From the sequence record SRR2962707_3777: DNA of 33,325 nucleotides, one strand, 5' to 3'. Numbering within the stretch: the stretch's first letter is position 1; each line of letters opens with the position of its first letter. Below, in pieces: positions 8,798-18,328 of this stretch. Under the pieces are notes generated by a model. The model was given only the letters and a program-made list of their open reading frames with translations, made no database searches and was not told the origin of the DNA. Position numbers and translations under genes: made by a program.

Positions 8798-10378
8798 TCA
8801 AAGCAGCCACTCAATTGGCAGTATCGACAACAGGAAAATCCCCGTGCGTTGCAAAAACCCTGTATTGGGTTCCTGCTCATGGCGGATGACATCGCCATCA
8901 ACGTGCTCTATCCAATAAAGCTCACCGTTCTCGGTTAGTCGAACTTCGTAAGCCCGCAACGGGATGCTTTCTTCAAAGGCCTCGTGGATCTTTTCTGAAA
9001 GCGCCGGGCTCTCAATCACAAAGCTCAGCTCGGTGTTCAGGTTGATCGAGCGGGGATCGAAATTGAAGGAGCCAACGAACAGTCTCTCGCCGTCAACGGC
9101 AAAGGTCTTTGCATGCAGGCTGGAGCCCGAACTACCGAAGGGCCCGGCACTCTGGTTCCGTTCAACATCAGGCGAGAGCCGCCGCATCTCATACAGATGG
9201 ATACCGGCCTTAAGCAGAGCCTTGCGACGTTTGGCATAACCCGCATGAACAGCGGCTACGTCGGTGGCATCAAGCGAATTGGTCAGTATGCTTACCTCAA
9301 TACCTTTGTTCGCCAAAGCCGAAAACGCATCAACACCCGCCCGGGTTGGCACGAAGTATGGGGAAATCAATGCGACCCGGGATTCGGGTTCTCCAAGAAT
9401 CTCGCCAAGCTTATACGCCAGCAGATCTTCCCTTTCAGATTTCCCAAGCCCTTTGGCGGGGCTATCACTGACCATTCGGGTTCTGGCCCAGTCGAACTCC
9501 AGTACCCCAGACAACAACTGACGCACAAAATCAGATTCGGAAACTGCCTTCACATAGTCTGTCGCCGCCTGGTCGTTCTCAAGCTTCAGCGCACGACGCT
9601 CCAGCTCGCGCAAATCCGCATCGGAAGCGGCGGGCAACAGCTGTTCAACGGGATACGCGGAGGCACTGGCCCAATAGCGATCAAAATCACTCGATACCTC
9701 AGGCACCACCGGGCCAATGGCCAGCACGTCCAGATCCGCAAAAAGAACGCCGGCGGTGGCACCAAAATACTCATCGCCGATATTCCGGCCACCGACAATG
9801 GTGGCCTGGTTATCCGCTGTGAATGACTTGTTGTGCATGCGCCGGTTAGCCCGCGAGAAGTCCGTCAGGTACCCCAACCATTTGGGATTACGGATCACAA
9901 ACGGGTTAAAGAGTCGTACTTCAATAGAAGCATGACTTGCCAAGGCAGCGAGTTCGGCGTCTAACCCGGAGGTGCCGTTATCATCCAGCAGCAACCGGAC
10001 CCGCACTCCCCGCTCAGCCGCCGTATGCAGTTCTTCCAACAGCAGTGTTCCGGTTATATCGCCATGCCAGATGTAATACTGAACGTCCAGAGTTCGATCG
10101 GCGGCGCGCGCCAGCAGAACGCGGGCAGCAAAGGCATCCCGAGGGTTTGCCAAGGTATGGATGCCACTATTACCAGGATAGCTCTCCAACTGCGGCGCAA
10201 TGGCCTGTCCGAGCCGGGTATCGGCGGCCTCATCCAGGTCCAGGGCGCTGGACTCCGATCGGTCAGCGATTGGCAATGCGCAGGCCGACAACAAGACCGA
10301 TAAAAAGAAGACCATCAGCAACGTTAACGTCCGTTGCTTTGGATTCGCGAAACCAAAATCCGGAATAAATTGTCTCAA
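8798..10378 (-). CDS. Phospholipase D family lipoprotein (cardiolipin synthase ClsC/YmdC-like)
   Basis: Two HKD motifs (RMHNKSFTAD, SLHAKTFAVD), DVQYYIWHGD, C-terminal LPIEWLL and lipobox LLSAC. Start uncertain: TTG 10378 or ATG 10315. Confidence 0.88.
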   Translation of the reverse strand: MRQFIPDFGFANPKQRTLTLLMVFFLSVLLSACALPIADRSESSALDLDEAADTRLGQAIAPQLESYPGNSGIHTLANPRDAFAARVLLARAADRTLDVQYYIWHGDITGTLLLEELHTAAERGVRVRLLLDDNGTSGLDAELAALASHASIEVRLFNPFVIRNPKWLGYLTDFSRANRRMHNKSFTADNQATIVGGRNIGDEYFGATAGVLFADLDVLAIGPVVPEVSSDFDRYWASASAYPVEQLLPAASDADLRELERRALKLENDQAATDYVKAVSESDFVRQLLSGVLEFDWARTRMVSDSPAKGLGKSEREDLLAYKLGEILGEPESRVALISPYFVPTRAGVDAFSALANKGIEVSILTNSLDATDVAAVHAGYAKRRKALLKAGIHLYEMRRLSPDVERNQSAGPFGSSGSSLHAKTFAVDGERLFVGSFNFDPRSINLNTELSFVIESPALSEKIHEAFEESIPLRAYEVRLTENGELYWIEHVDGDVIRHEQEPNTGFLQRTGIFLLSILPIEWLL

Positions 10379-10589
10379 CGTGCCTGCCCCAATAGCGCCC
10401 CAACTCGCATGAAAACAGATTTGCCCAGGTAATGACCATAGGCGTTGATATCCAATGGTCAGACTACCATGTCGCTGGCGTCCGCCCTCTGCCCTATTAA
10501 CAATCGGGCGATTATTCAGCCGGTCCTGGCGCAAACACCATCCTTAGCCATTCTCACAATTAAATTTACAAATCTTTTTCAAACTCAAC

Positions 10590-10616
10590 TAAAAATTCAG
10601 GAGAAAATGCCGTATA
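10590..10616 (+). promoter_or_regulatory. Putative sigma28 (FliA) promoter for the chemoreceptor
   Basis: TAAA-N15-GCCGTATA against consensus TAAA-N15-GCCGATAA, about 60 nt upstream of an MCP gene. Confidence 0.55.
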
Positions 10617-10673
10617 CCGTTTCAACAGGCCATTAAATGACTCGCAGGGAGGCGGTTACCAAAGGAAAAATCG

Positions 10674-12242
10674 ATGCGTGCTTTTTGGGGAAACCTTGCG
10701 GTGGGAAAGAAGCTGGCTTCCAGCTTTGCGATTCTGGTGCTGCTCATCCTGATCGTCGCGGTCGTCAGCATCACCTCACTCAACGACTACAACCATCGCG
10801 TATCGATATTAAAACAGGCCAACCAAGCTGAAATCTCGTTGCTGGAGGCTGAGCGGGAGGAGAAGAACTATCGGATACACGAAACCCCCAAATCCATTGA
10901 TCGAGCCGCCGACTACCTGGTGCAAACCAAAGCCGCTCTGGCCACATTGATGACACTGATCCAAAACGAAAGCGACCGGCAACTGGTCGAACAGATACGC
11001 GCCGATATCGAAGATTATCAGTCTCTCCTGAGCACCTATACGGCAAGCATATCCGCAGGCACTGCTGATACGTCGTCTATCGAAGAACAACTATTCAAAG
11101 CCGCTCACAACGCCATTGACAAGACCGAGGAACTGAAAGAACGCGAGCGGATTCTGATGGAAGAGCGATATGACCTGACGGTTATCGAAATCATCGCTAT
11201 AACCGCACTGGCCATGTTTGTGGCGGCGATCGTGGCATGGACCCTCACTCGCTCAATAACACGCCCGATTAATGAAACCCTGAGTATTGCCAACAAGGTT
11301 GCATCGGGCGACCTCACCGTGGATAGCCGAAGTAGTCGCGGTGACGAGTTTGGCCAGCTGTTGGCAGCGTTTGGCATCATGGTCACCAACCTCCGGGGAC
11401 TGATTCAGGAAATCAATCAGGGTGCGGCCAGCATCGCTTCGGCGTCAGAGGAACTCTCTGCGGTCACCCACCAGACAAATATGGGAGTCGCCGAGCAGAA
11501 GTCGCAAACAGATCAGGTCGCCACAGCGCTGAATCAGATGGTCGCGACGGTCACTGAAGTTGCTCGAAGTGCCGAAGCCGCCTTTCAGTCCGCAAATCAC
11601 TGCAGCGACAAGACAGAAAGTGGAACAGCGGCTACCAACGAGACCCTCAGCTTCGTATCCGAGCTGAACTCGCAAAGCACCTCGGTCATGCAGCAACTCA
11701 ATACCCTGAAAGCCGAAACCGACAATATCGGCACGGTGCTGGACGTTATCAAAGCAGTTGCTGAGCAGACCAACCTTCTGGCGCTGAATGCTGCGATCGA
11801 GGCTGCCCGGGCCGGAGACCAGGGGCGCGGCTTTGCCGTAGTGGCGGATGAAGTAAGATCGCTTGCCAAGCGAACCCAAACGTCTGCAGTGGAAATCGAG
11901 TCCTTGATCGGCAACCTTCTCGCCAGCGCCGAAGCGGCCGTATCAGACATGGGGCGCGGGCACCAATTAGCCAAGCAAACACTGGAACGGGCAGAACTGG
12001 GAGGCACAGCCATTCAGGCCATTGCGGAAGCTGTTGAAGAGATTCGCCGTTACAACAGCCAGATCGCTACCGCCGCTGATCAACAGATTTCGGTTGCCGA
12101 AGACATGAACAAGAATATGACTCAGATCCGGGATATTGGAGACCAGTCTGCGGCCTCCACGGAGCAGGTATCGGCGGCCAGCGAGGAGCTGGCAAGACTA
12201 GCCGAAGGGCTTCACACGCAAATCGCGCAATTCCGGTACTGA
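10674..12242 (+). CDS. Methyl-accepting chemotaxis protein
   Basis: Two TM helices around a helical periplasmic domain, a HAMP domain, and signalling hairpin [40 protein letters not shown]. Confidence 0.96.
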   Translation: MRAFWGNLAVGKKLASSFAILVLLILIVAVVSITSLNDYNHRVSILKQANQAEISLLEAEREEKNYRIHETPKSIDRAADYLVQTKAALATLMTLIQNESDRQLVEQIRADIEDYQSLLSTYTASISAGTADTSSIEEQLFKAAHNAIDKTEELKERERILMEERYDLTVIEIIAITALAMFVAAIVAWTLTRSITRPINETLSIANKVASGDLTVDSRSSRGDEFGQLLAAFGIMVTNLRGLIQEINQGAASIASASEELSAVTHQTNMGVAEQKSQTDQVATALNQMVATVTEVARSAEAAFQSANHCSDKTESGTAATNETLSFVSELNSQSTSVMQQLNTLKAETDNIGTVLDVIKAVAEQTNLLALNAAIEAARAGDQGRGFAVVADEVRSLAKRTQTSAVEIESLIGNLLASAEAAVSDMGRGHQLAKQTLERAELGGTAIQAIAEAVEEIRRYNSQIATAADQQISVAEDMNKNMTQIRDIGDQSAASTEQVSAASEELARLAEGLHTQIAQFRY

Positions 12243-12338
12243 TCAACCCAGCGGGCCTTCCGATCATGAACGACAACAACTTGAAGCGGGCAGCGAGGTT
12301 CGAGGTATCGATTAGGAGCTCGCTGACGCCAGAGACTG

Positions 12339-12515
12339 TTAGCCGACCCGGGCCTGCAGAGGGGACATCTTCCGCTCCACCTCCCCACGTTCCTCCTGGG
12401 CTCTTTTCAAGCGGGAATAGTTGGTTGGGGTCGGTTCCCGGTCATAGCGTGTCTGCGCCTGATGCGCCAGATCGCACTTCTCCAGCCACTGTTCAATAAG
12501 CTCTACTGTGCTCAT
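12339..12515 (-). CDS. Small hypothetical protein, 58 aa (not in ORF track)
   Basis: Hand translation MSTVELIEQWLEKCDLAHQAQTRYDREPTPTNYSRLKRAQEERGEVERKMSPLQARVG*. A perfect GGAGGT SD lies 5 nt before the ATG. Confidence 0.7.
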   Translation of the reverse strand: MSTVELIEQWLEKCDLAHQAQTRYDREPTPTNYSRLKRAQEERGEVERKMSPLQARVG

Positions 12516-12520
12516 GGTCC

Positions 12521-12569
12521 ACCTCCGTTTTCGTTAGGTATGCGTTCACCATAAACGACCAACGGAGGT
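12521..12569 (-). promoter_or_regulatory. SD-sequestering 5' leader hairpin
   Basis: Perfect 9-bp inverted repeat ACCTCCGTT (12521-12529) / AACGGAGGT (12561-12569), extended by TCGTT/AACGA and GGT/ACC. It covers the SD of the 58-aa ORF. Confidence 0.6.
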
Positions 12570-12671
12570 AGAATCCCGAAAGCTTTATGCTTGAATTATG
12601 GCAAATAATGCTCGGGTATCAGAGTGCCAAGTGAGCCAGATAACACAAGCTTCTGCAGGAATTGTTCAGAT

Positions 12672-12920
12672 TTACTGACGATCCCGAAGCACCTTCCAGT
12701 CCAGAACATTTCCCTCGGAATCAAACTGAACATAGCCGGAATAGCCGTCGGATTCATGCCAGGTCTTAACGTAACCAACCACCTGGCCATCTTCGGCAAC
12801 CATTTCAAAGGAGGTGTTCTTCTCGTGGGTAATGTGGTGATCATCACTGTCAGGAGCGACTTCTTGAAGTTTCAGGTTCGGGTTTCCGGGAAGTGCGATA
12901 TCGAGCAGATGTGAGTTCAT
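12672..12920 (-). CDS. Hypothetical acidic protein, 82 aa
   Basis: ATG at 12920 with GAGGT RBS; protein-like composition (MNSHLLDIALPGNP...LDWKVLRDRQ). No family recognised. Confidence 0.65.
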   Translation of the reverse strand: MNSHLLDIALPGNPNLKLQEVAPDSDDHHITHEKNTSFEMVAEDGQVVGYVKTWHESDGYSGYVQFDSEGNVLDWKVLRDRQ

Positions 12921-13117
12921 GGCAAAACCTCTTCGGGCATTCAGGCAGGGGACCGGTTTCGATCCGTCACGGCCAGTGTAGGCGGGATTTGTGTCGCTGC
13001 GTTGACACACCTCAAGACCGTTTCCGTGTTCAGCAGACTGTCACAATCCACGTCTTTGAACCCTGGACCGGCTGGCTGCTATGTTAGTTCCGAAAACAGG
13101 AACCGGAGGCTACCCCA

Positions 13118-13762
13118 ATGGACTACGTCAGCCCGATCAGCAGCGCCATAATGGCGGTTGTCTGGATCGTCTACTTTCAGCTCTTTTTCCTGCAATACAA
13201 ACGAAATAACCGCCCCTATCTGGTCATCCACCACGCCCAGAACGAGAACCCGGATGCACTGTGTTTGCTGGTGAACATGGGGCAGGAAACGGTGCATATT
13301 CAGTGTGTACAGGTTGTGGTGCATGCCCGGGCTGGGCAAGAGAAAACCCTGACGGTTACGCAATACGAGAGCGTCGCACCGGATGACTCCAACGTACAGC
13401 ATGCTCTGCGGCAGGGTCCGGTGCCTTCCGGTGGCTACCTGGTTCTGGGCTCGTTCCGGAATGTGATTCTCGGCAAGAACAGCGAGGACGAAGATAGCGA
13501 CTATCTTTTCGAGGACATTACAGGATTTGAACTTCGGGCAGCCGTGATTCACGGCCCCAGCACCTACCCCGTAGGTGTGCGCCGGAGCTTCACTTTGCGC
13601 CACGATGGCAGACCAAAAATATTCCCGCACAACATTCACAGCGAGCAGCTAAACCGGCGCAAAGACCGCAACGAGGTGCGCCGCTGGCTTGAGGAAGAGC
13701 TTCAGCCCAAATGCAAAGGTCGTTCGGAATCGGACAGCTCCGACCAATCCACCAGCGAATAG
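13118..13762 (+). CDS. Hypothetical membrane-anchored protein
   Basis: GGAGG RBS, N-terminal hydrophobic helix followed by KRNNRP, 214-aa ORF. No family recognised. Confidence 0.75.
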   Translation: MDYVSPISSAIMAVVWIVYFQLFFLQYKRNNRPYLVIHHAQNENPDALCLLVNMGQETVHIQCVQVVVHARAGQEKTLTVTQYESVAPDDSNVQHALRQGPVPSGGYLVLGSFRNVILGKNSEDEDSDYLFEDITGFELRAAVIHGPSTYPVGVRRSFTLRHDGRPKIFPHNIHSEQLNRRKDRNEVRRWLEEELQPKCKGRSESDSSDQSTSE

Positions 13763-13789
13763 GACGGGGAAGATGAGTCCCCTGCCGAG

Positions 13790-14458
13790 TTAGCGGTCTC
13801 CCGAGGTGAGCCGAGACAGAAAAGCGTCCAGGTCTCTCACCTCTTCAAGGCACAGGCTATGTTCCATTCCATAGCTTTGAAACTCCGGCTCGTACCCGAG
13901 ATCCTGAAGTTTCCGAAGTGCCGCCTGGCCAAGTGATTCGGCCACGATAGGGTCGAAGCGACCATGGCCGATAAATATCGGTAACTTGCGGTTGGCTTCG
14001 CTCAGCTCAATGGTATCAGCCGTAGCGAAGTAAGTAGACAACGCAAACAGGCCGCCAAGACGCTCCGGATAGCTGAGGGCCAGCTCATAAGCCACCGCAC
14101 CGCCCTGGGAGAAACCACCCAGAATGATGTTTTCACTGGCAACACCGCGCTCCCGCTCGGCCCGGATCAGCTCTGCAACCATGGCTGCGGACGCGCGAAG
14201 CTGTTCGGCATCAACCTTACGATCGACGTCCATGGCAAGAATGTCGTACCAGGCCGGCATCACCATCCCGCCATTGATGGTAACTGGCAGCTCCGGTGCA
14301 TGGGGAAAGATGAAACGGACGGGCTGCTCCCGCGAGAACCGGAACTCCGGAACCACCGGCTCGAAGTCATGACCGCTGGCGCCAAGACCGTGCAGCCAGA
14401 TGATGCTGGTTTGCGGGTTGTCACCGGTGTCGATTTGCAAAGTATTCAGAGTGCCCAT
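13790..14458 (-). CDS. Carboxylesterase / phospholipase (alpha/beta hydrolase, family VI-like)
   Basis: WLHGLGA, FIFPHAP, MPAWYDI, nucleophile GFSQGG, HGRFDP and catalytic His in MEHS. Confidence 0.93.
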   Translation of the reverse strand: MGTLNTLQIDTGDNPQTSIIWLHGLGASGHDFEPVVPEFRFSREQPVRFIFPHAPELPVTINGGMVMPAWYDILAMDVDRKVDAEQLRASAAMVAELIRAERERGVASENIILGGFSQGGAVAYELALSYPERLGGLFALSTYFATADTIELSEANRKLPIFIGHGRFDPIVAESLGQAALRKLQDLGYEPEFQSYGMEHSLCLEEVRDLDAFLSRLTSGDR

Positions 14459-14608
14459 CCGTTCTCCGTTATGTCAGTAACAGGTTGTCATCCGCCTATA
14501 GATTCGATAATTTTCCAGTCCTTGCCACGCTCGGCCTGATGGATACAGCGAGCGCACAGCCTGCCGATTTGAATTCGGCAGCCCACTATAAAGGAACATG
14601 GACGTACA

Positions 14609-16291
14609 ATGACAACCATTGGTATCGACCTTGGCACCACCAACAGTGCCTGCGGCGTCTGGACGAAAGACGGCGTAAAACTAATTCCCAATCGCCTTGG
14701 CGAAATCCTGACACCCTCCGTGGTCAGCCTTGACACCAACAACGAATTGCTTGTCGGCCGGGGCGCCAGGCAACGTCTGATCAATCACAGCGATCGTACC
14801 GTGGCCACGTTCAAACGGCTGATGGGTACGGACCATACCGTTTTTCTTGGCCGCATGGGGTTCAACGCGACGGAACTGTCTTCGCTGGTTCTAAGGTCTC
14901 TTAAAGAAGACGCGGAGGCCTTTCTCGGAGAACCGGTATCCAGCGCCGTCATCAGCGTTCCCGCCTACTTCAGCGACAATCAGCGCCAGGCGACACGGCA
15001 AGCGGCAGAGCTTGCCGGCCTGAAGGTGGAGCGACTGATTAACGAGCCCACAGCCGCCGCGATTGCCTATGGTCTGCATGAAAAGCAGGAAGGTATGTTC
15101 CTGATTCTGGATTTTGGTGGCGGCACCTTCGACGTCTCCCTGCTCGAATATTTTGACGGTGTTATGGAAGTTCATGCCAGCGCCGGTGATAACCACTTGG
15201 GTGGCGAGGATTTTGTCGACGTCATGGTGGCGGATGTGCTGGCGCGCAACGGCCTGTCCCAGGAAGCTATTCCACCCCTTGATCTGCAGAACCTGTATCT
15301 CCAGATGGAGGGTGCGAAACGCAAGCTGGGGCCGGGCCAAACGCTCACACTGACGGTTGGGAAGAAAACGGTGGAATTCGAGGTAACCCAGGACTGGTTT
15401 ATCGAAATCTGCACCCCACTTTTGCTACGCGCCAAGGCACCTATCGAAAGAACACTGCGTGATGCAAAGATACCCGTAGCCAGCATAGACGATGTCATCC
15501 TGGTGGGCGGGTCAACCCGACTGGCTCCTTTCCGCGCCATGGTCGGGCGTATGTTCGGTAGACTGCCCTCCTGCCATATTGATCCGGATACTGTGGTTGC
15601 CATGGGCGCCACCATCCAAGCCGGACTGGTAATGCGGGACGAAGCCCTGGACGATATCGTGCTGACCGACGTCTGCCCGTTCACATTGGGTACGGCTGCC
15701 TTCAATGAACCCTATGTCGATGAACTCAGCTACTTTCCGATCATTGAACGCAACTGCGTGGTTCCAATCAGTATCGTTCGAAGACTCTATACGGCAAGCC
15801 ACAACCAGTCGGTGGTGGGTGTTAAGGTCTACCAGGGCGAAAGCCCGAACATAAACAAGAACATATTCCTGGGTGAGATAAAGGTCCGGGTACCAAAAGG
15901 CCCCAAAGGCGTTGAAGCTGTGGATGTGCGTTACAGCTACGATGCCAACGGCATTCTGGAAGTGGATGTTACAGTGGTCTCCACCGGAATGAACAAACAA
16001 CTGGTTATAGAACGTGCCCCGGGAGCTCTCAGTGACGCTGAAAAAGAGGCCGCCAGAGCTAAACTCGCCGGGCTCAAGTTCCATCCCCGGGACGGTGAAG
16101 ATAACCGGATGCTCGTGGCAAGGGCGGAACGCCTCTACGAATCGAGTCTGGACCACCGGCGAGAGTTTGTTGGCAAATTGCTTGATCGCTTTCATTACGC
16201 TCTGGACCGGCAGCTTCCTCATGAGATAGAGGAAGCACAGACCTATATGAAAGACATGCTGGATCAGCTGGAAAGCGAGCACTGGTTCTGA
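14609..16291 (+). CDS. hscC: Hsp70-family chaperone HscC (Hsc62)-like
   Basis: IGIDLGTTNS, ISVPAYF, LINEPTAAA, DFGGGTFDVS and LVGGSTR. 560-aa length and LTDVCPFTLG / LKFHPRD segments match HscC rather than DnaK. Confidence 0.88.
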   Translation: MTTIGIDLGTTNSACGVWTKDGVKLIPNRLGEILTPSVVSLDTNNELLVGRGARQRLINHSDRTVATFKRLMGTDHTVFLGRMGFNATELSSLVLRSLKEDAEAFLGEPVSSAVISVPAYFSDNQRQATRQAAELAGLKVERLINEPTAAAIAYGLHEKQEGMFLILDFGGGTFDVSLLEYFDGVMEVHASAGDNHLGGEDFVDVMVADVLARNGLSQEAIPPLDLQNLYLQMEGAKRKLGPGQTLTLTVGKKTVEFEVTQDWFIEICTPLLLRAKAPIERTLRDAKIPVASIDDVILVGGSTRLAPFRAMVGRMFGRLPSCHIDPDTVVAMGATIQAGLVMRDEALDDIVLTDVCPFTLGTAAFNEPYVDELSYFPIIERNCVVPISIVRRLYTASHNQSVVGVKVYQGESPNINKNIFLGEIKVRVPKGPKGVEAVDVRYSYDANGILEVDVTVVSTGMNKQLVIERAPGALSDAEKEAARAKLAGLKFHPRDGEDNRMLVARAERLYESSLDHRREFVGKLLDRFHYALDRQLPHEIEEAQTYMKDMLDQLESEHWF

Positions 16292-17238
16292 TGTGGCCCT
16301 GGTCTGAGCTCGGGCTGGAATCTACCGACGATGTCCGGACCATCAAGAAAGCCTATGCCAGGCTTCTGAAACAGACCCGACCCGACGAACACCCTCAAGC
16401 CTTCCAGCGCCTGCATCAGGCCTACAAAGAGGCTCTGGCCAGCGCACAACCAAAAAACCAGCACCCGGCTCCCAAGTTTGGTAAGCCGGCGCCGTCAGAG
16501 CCGATACTGACGCCAGAAGAACCCTCTGCGGCATCAAAACTGTTTCAACCGCTGAATGACTCTGGCAACACGCCACCGCCAAACGCTGACCCATTCCCGG
16601 GTCAGCCTGCGGGACAGCAACCACTTCAGGTCAATGAGCCTCCTCCAGACAACAAGCCTTTTTTCGACAACACGGACAACAAGACCGAGTCCCTCGAAAA
16701 CACAAAGCTCACACTTGAAACCGAACCGCCGCCACAGACGGATATTGATCCGGCCAAACCCGTTCCCCGCGAAAAAATCTTTCGGTTTATCCGGGGCGGA
16801 CGTAGCACCGCGGCACCACCACCGATTGAAGATACTCCAGTGGCGAGCTACCGAATGCGGGCTTTGGCGTTTGCACTGGATACGATTGCCATAGCAGTTG
16901 CTCTGGCCATTGGCCAATTCCTGTTAACCGCCATTACGGGTAAAGCGGGCCTGCCTCTATGGATTTTAGCGCCGGCAACATACCCACTGGCGGCTCTGCT
17001 CTTCGAGAGTTCACGCTGGCAGGCCACTCCCGGGAAGAAACTGTTCGGGCTCAAAGTGGTCAATCGCGAACTGATGCCGCTATCAAAACGCCACAGCCTG
17101 GGGCGCATTTTTACGTTCGTTGTGACCACCGCGTTGCTCTGGAAAGGCATCTGGCTGGTCAATGCGTTTCTGCGCGGCCGGCTGCTGCATGATCGGCTTA
17201 GCAAAAGCTACGTTGTACATGTGAGCAACCTTCCCTGA
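16291..17238 (+). CDS. J-domain (DjlB/DjlC-like) protein fused to a C-terminal RDD-family membrane domain
   Basis: N-terminal WSELGL..IKKAYARLLKQTRPDEHPQAFQRLHQAYKEAL, Pro-rich linker, then RALAFALD...QATPGKKLFGLKVV...LLHDRLSKSYVV. Start overlaps the hscC stop (TGATG). Confidence 0.85.
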   Translation: MWPWSELGLESTDDVRTIKKAYARLLKQTRPDEHPQAFQRLHQAYKEALASAQPKNQHPAPKFGKPAPSEPILTPEEPSAASKLFQPLNDSGNTPPPNADPFPGQPAGQQPLQVNEPPPDNKPFFDNTDNKTESLENTKLTLETEPPPQTDIDPAKPVPREKIFRFIRGGRSTAAPPPIEDTPVASYRMRALAFALDTIAIAVALAIGQFLLTAITGKAGLPLWILAPATYPLAALLFESSRWQATPGKKLFGLKVVNRELMPLSKRHSLGRIFTFVVTTALLWKGIWLVNAFLRGRLLHDRLSKSYVVHVSNLP

Positions 17239-17250
17239 AGGCTGAACAAA

Positions 17251-18018
17251 CTAGCGAAGTGTTCGTTTCCGGCCGAGACCAAGATCGGCCTGAATCATCT
17301 GCCACATTTTCCGGTATTCCTCAGCTGCGGAACTGCGAGGCGCCAACCGTTCCAGGGGCTGCCCCTCCTCCCCCATTCGTTCCACCACACTGGCATAGGG
17401 AACGGCGACCGGCATCGGATTCGCCAGCAGCTCCGTTCCCCTTGCCAACACATCCCGATGCAGATTCTTGCGCCTATCCACCATTGAAAAGAACGGACGC
17501 AACTTCTTAACACCGAGTTTTTTATCCTTCACAAACTCTTTCAACTGATCCCAGCTATTCAGGGACAACCAGGTGGGTACCACCGGTACATACACCATGT
17601 CAGCCACATCCAGCACCTGCTCGGTAAGTCGGGATAACGTGGGCGGGCAATCCAGAATTACCAGGCTGGTGTCTTCCGACAAAGGCGCCAGCAGGTCTTT
17701 CAGCGCACTGCCACCGTGCTCCTGTTCAAGCTTGATGTCGAAATTTCGAAAGCTGGAATGGGCGGGGATAAAATCCAGGTTGGGATAAACGTCTTCGTGA
17801 ATAAAGCGGGCAATGGGCGATTTCCCCTCCAGCAGTTTGGAGAGTTTCCGGCCCTTCACGGGCTCCGCTCCGGCAAGGTAGAAACTGGATGCCCCCTGTG
17901 GGTCCAGATCCCAGAGCAAGGTCCTCAGATTGTCCCGGCTGGCCAGATAAGCGGTGTTGACCGCAGCGGCGGTCTTTCCAACCCCGCCCTTGGGGCTGTA
18001 AAAGGCGATGATTCTCAT
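17251..18018 (-). CDS. ParA/Soj-family ATPase (orphan)
   Basis: Deviant Walker A KGGVGKT, DLDPQG and LDCPP motifs. No adjacent parB. Confidence 0.92.
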   Translation of the reverse strand: MRIIAFYSPKGGVGKTAAAVNTAYLASRDNLRTLLWDLDPQGASSFYLAGAEPVKGRKLSKLLEGKSPIARFIHEDVYPNLDFIPAHSSFRNFDIKLEQEHGGSALKDLLAPLSEDTSLVILDCPPTLSRLTEQVLDVADMVYVPVVPTWLSLNSWDQLKEFVKDKKLGVKKLRPFFSMVDRRKNLHRDVLARGTELLANPMPVAVPYASVVERMGEEGQPLERLAPRSSAAEEYRKMWQMIQADLGLGRKRTLR

Positions 18019-18151
18019 CCTGTGCGGCTCCTGCCGTGTTCCATGTCAGTAAACACTACAGGATAACAGCGACCCAGCGGCCATTCATGAAGCTTTTATG
18101 ACAACCGGCCAGCGGCGATTGGCAAGAACTGTCCGGGATAGGAGGGCACGA

Positions 18152-18195
18152 AAGGCTTTCGTAAAACCACTTTCACGCGGCTTTGCGAAAGCCCT
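18152..18195 (-). promoter_or_regulatory. Long stem-loop overlapping the stop codon of the ArfA-like gene (candidate RNase III site)
   Basis: Minus strand GGCUUUCGCAAAGCCGC-GUGAAA-GUGGUUUUACGAAAGCC gives 16 of 17 pairs. Two G-U pairs form only on the minus strand, and the UGA stop lies in the loop. Confidence 0.7.
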
Positions 18196-18328
18196 CCGAC
18201 CGAACCGTCTTGTCCCGGCTGCGCTTGTATTTGGTTTTGTCCTCAACCACACGCATCTGGTATTTTGGTGTTCTCAATTCCCGTTGCACAGCACTATGCT
18301 GCGTGGCTTTCGCCCGTTTTCTGGCCAT
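18173..18328 (-). CDS. Small basic protein, alternative ribosome rescue factor ArfA-like, 51 aa (not in ORF track)
   Basis: Hand translation MARKRAKATQHSAVQRELRTPKYQMRVVEDKTKYKRSRDKTVRSEGFRKAA*. GAGGAG RBS. L-x-x-P-x-Y/F-x-x-R-V...Y-x-R pattern resembles ArfA, with 3' hairpin and C-terminal Ala-Ala. Extended -10-like TGTTATACT at 18376-18368. Confidence 0.7.
   Translation of the reverse strand: MARKRAKATQHSAVQRELRTPKYQMRVVEDKTKYKRSRDKTVRSEGFRKAA

Noticed and set aside
14569-14589. Sigma32 promoter for hscC
   Set aside because: TTGAA and CCCACT are too close together for the consensus spacing.
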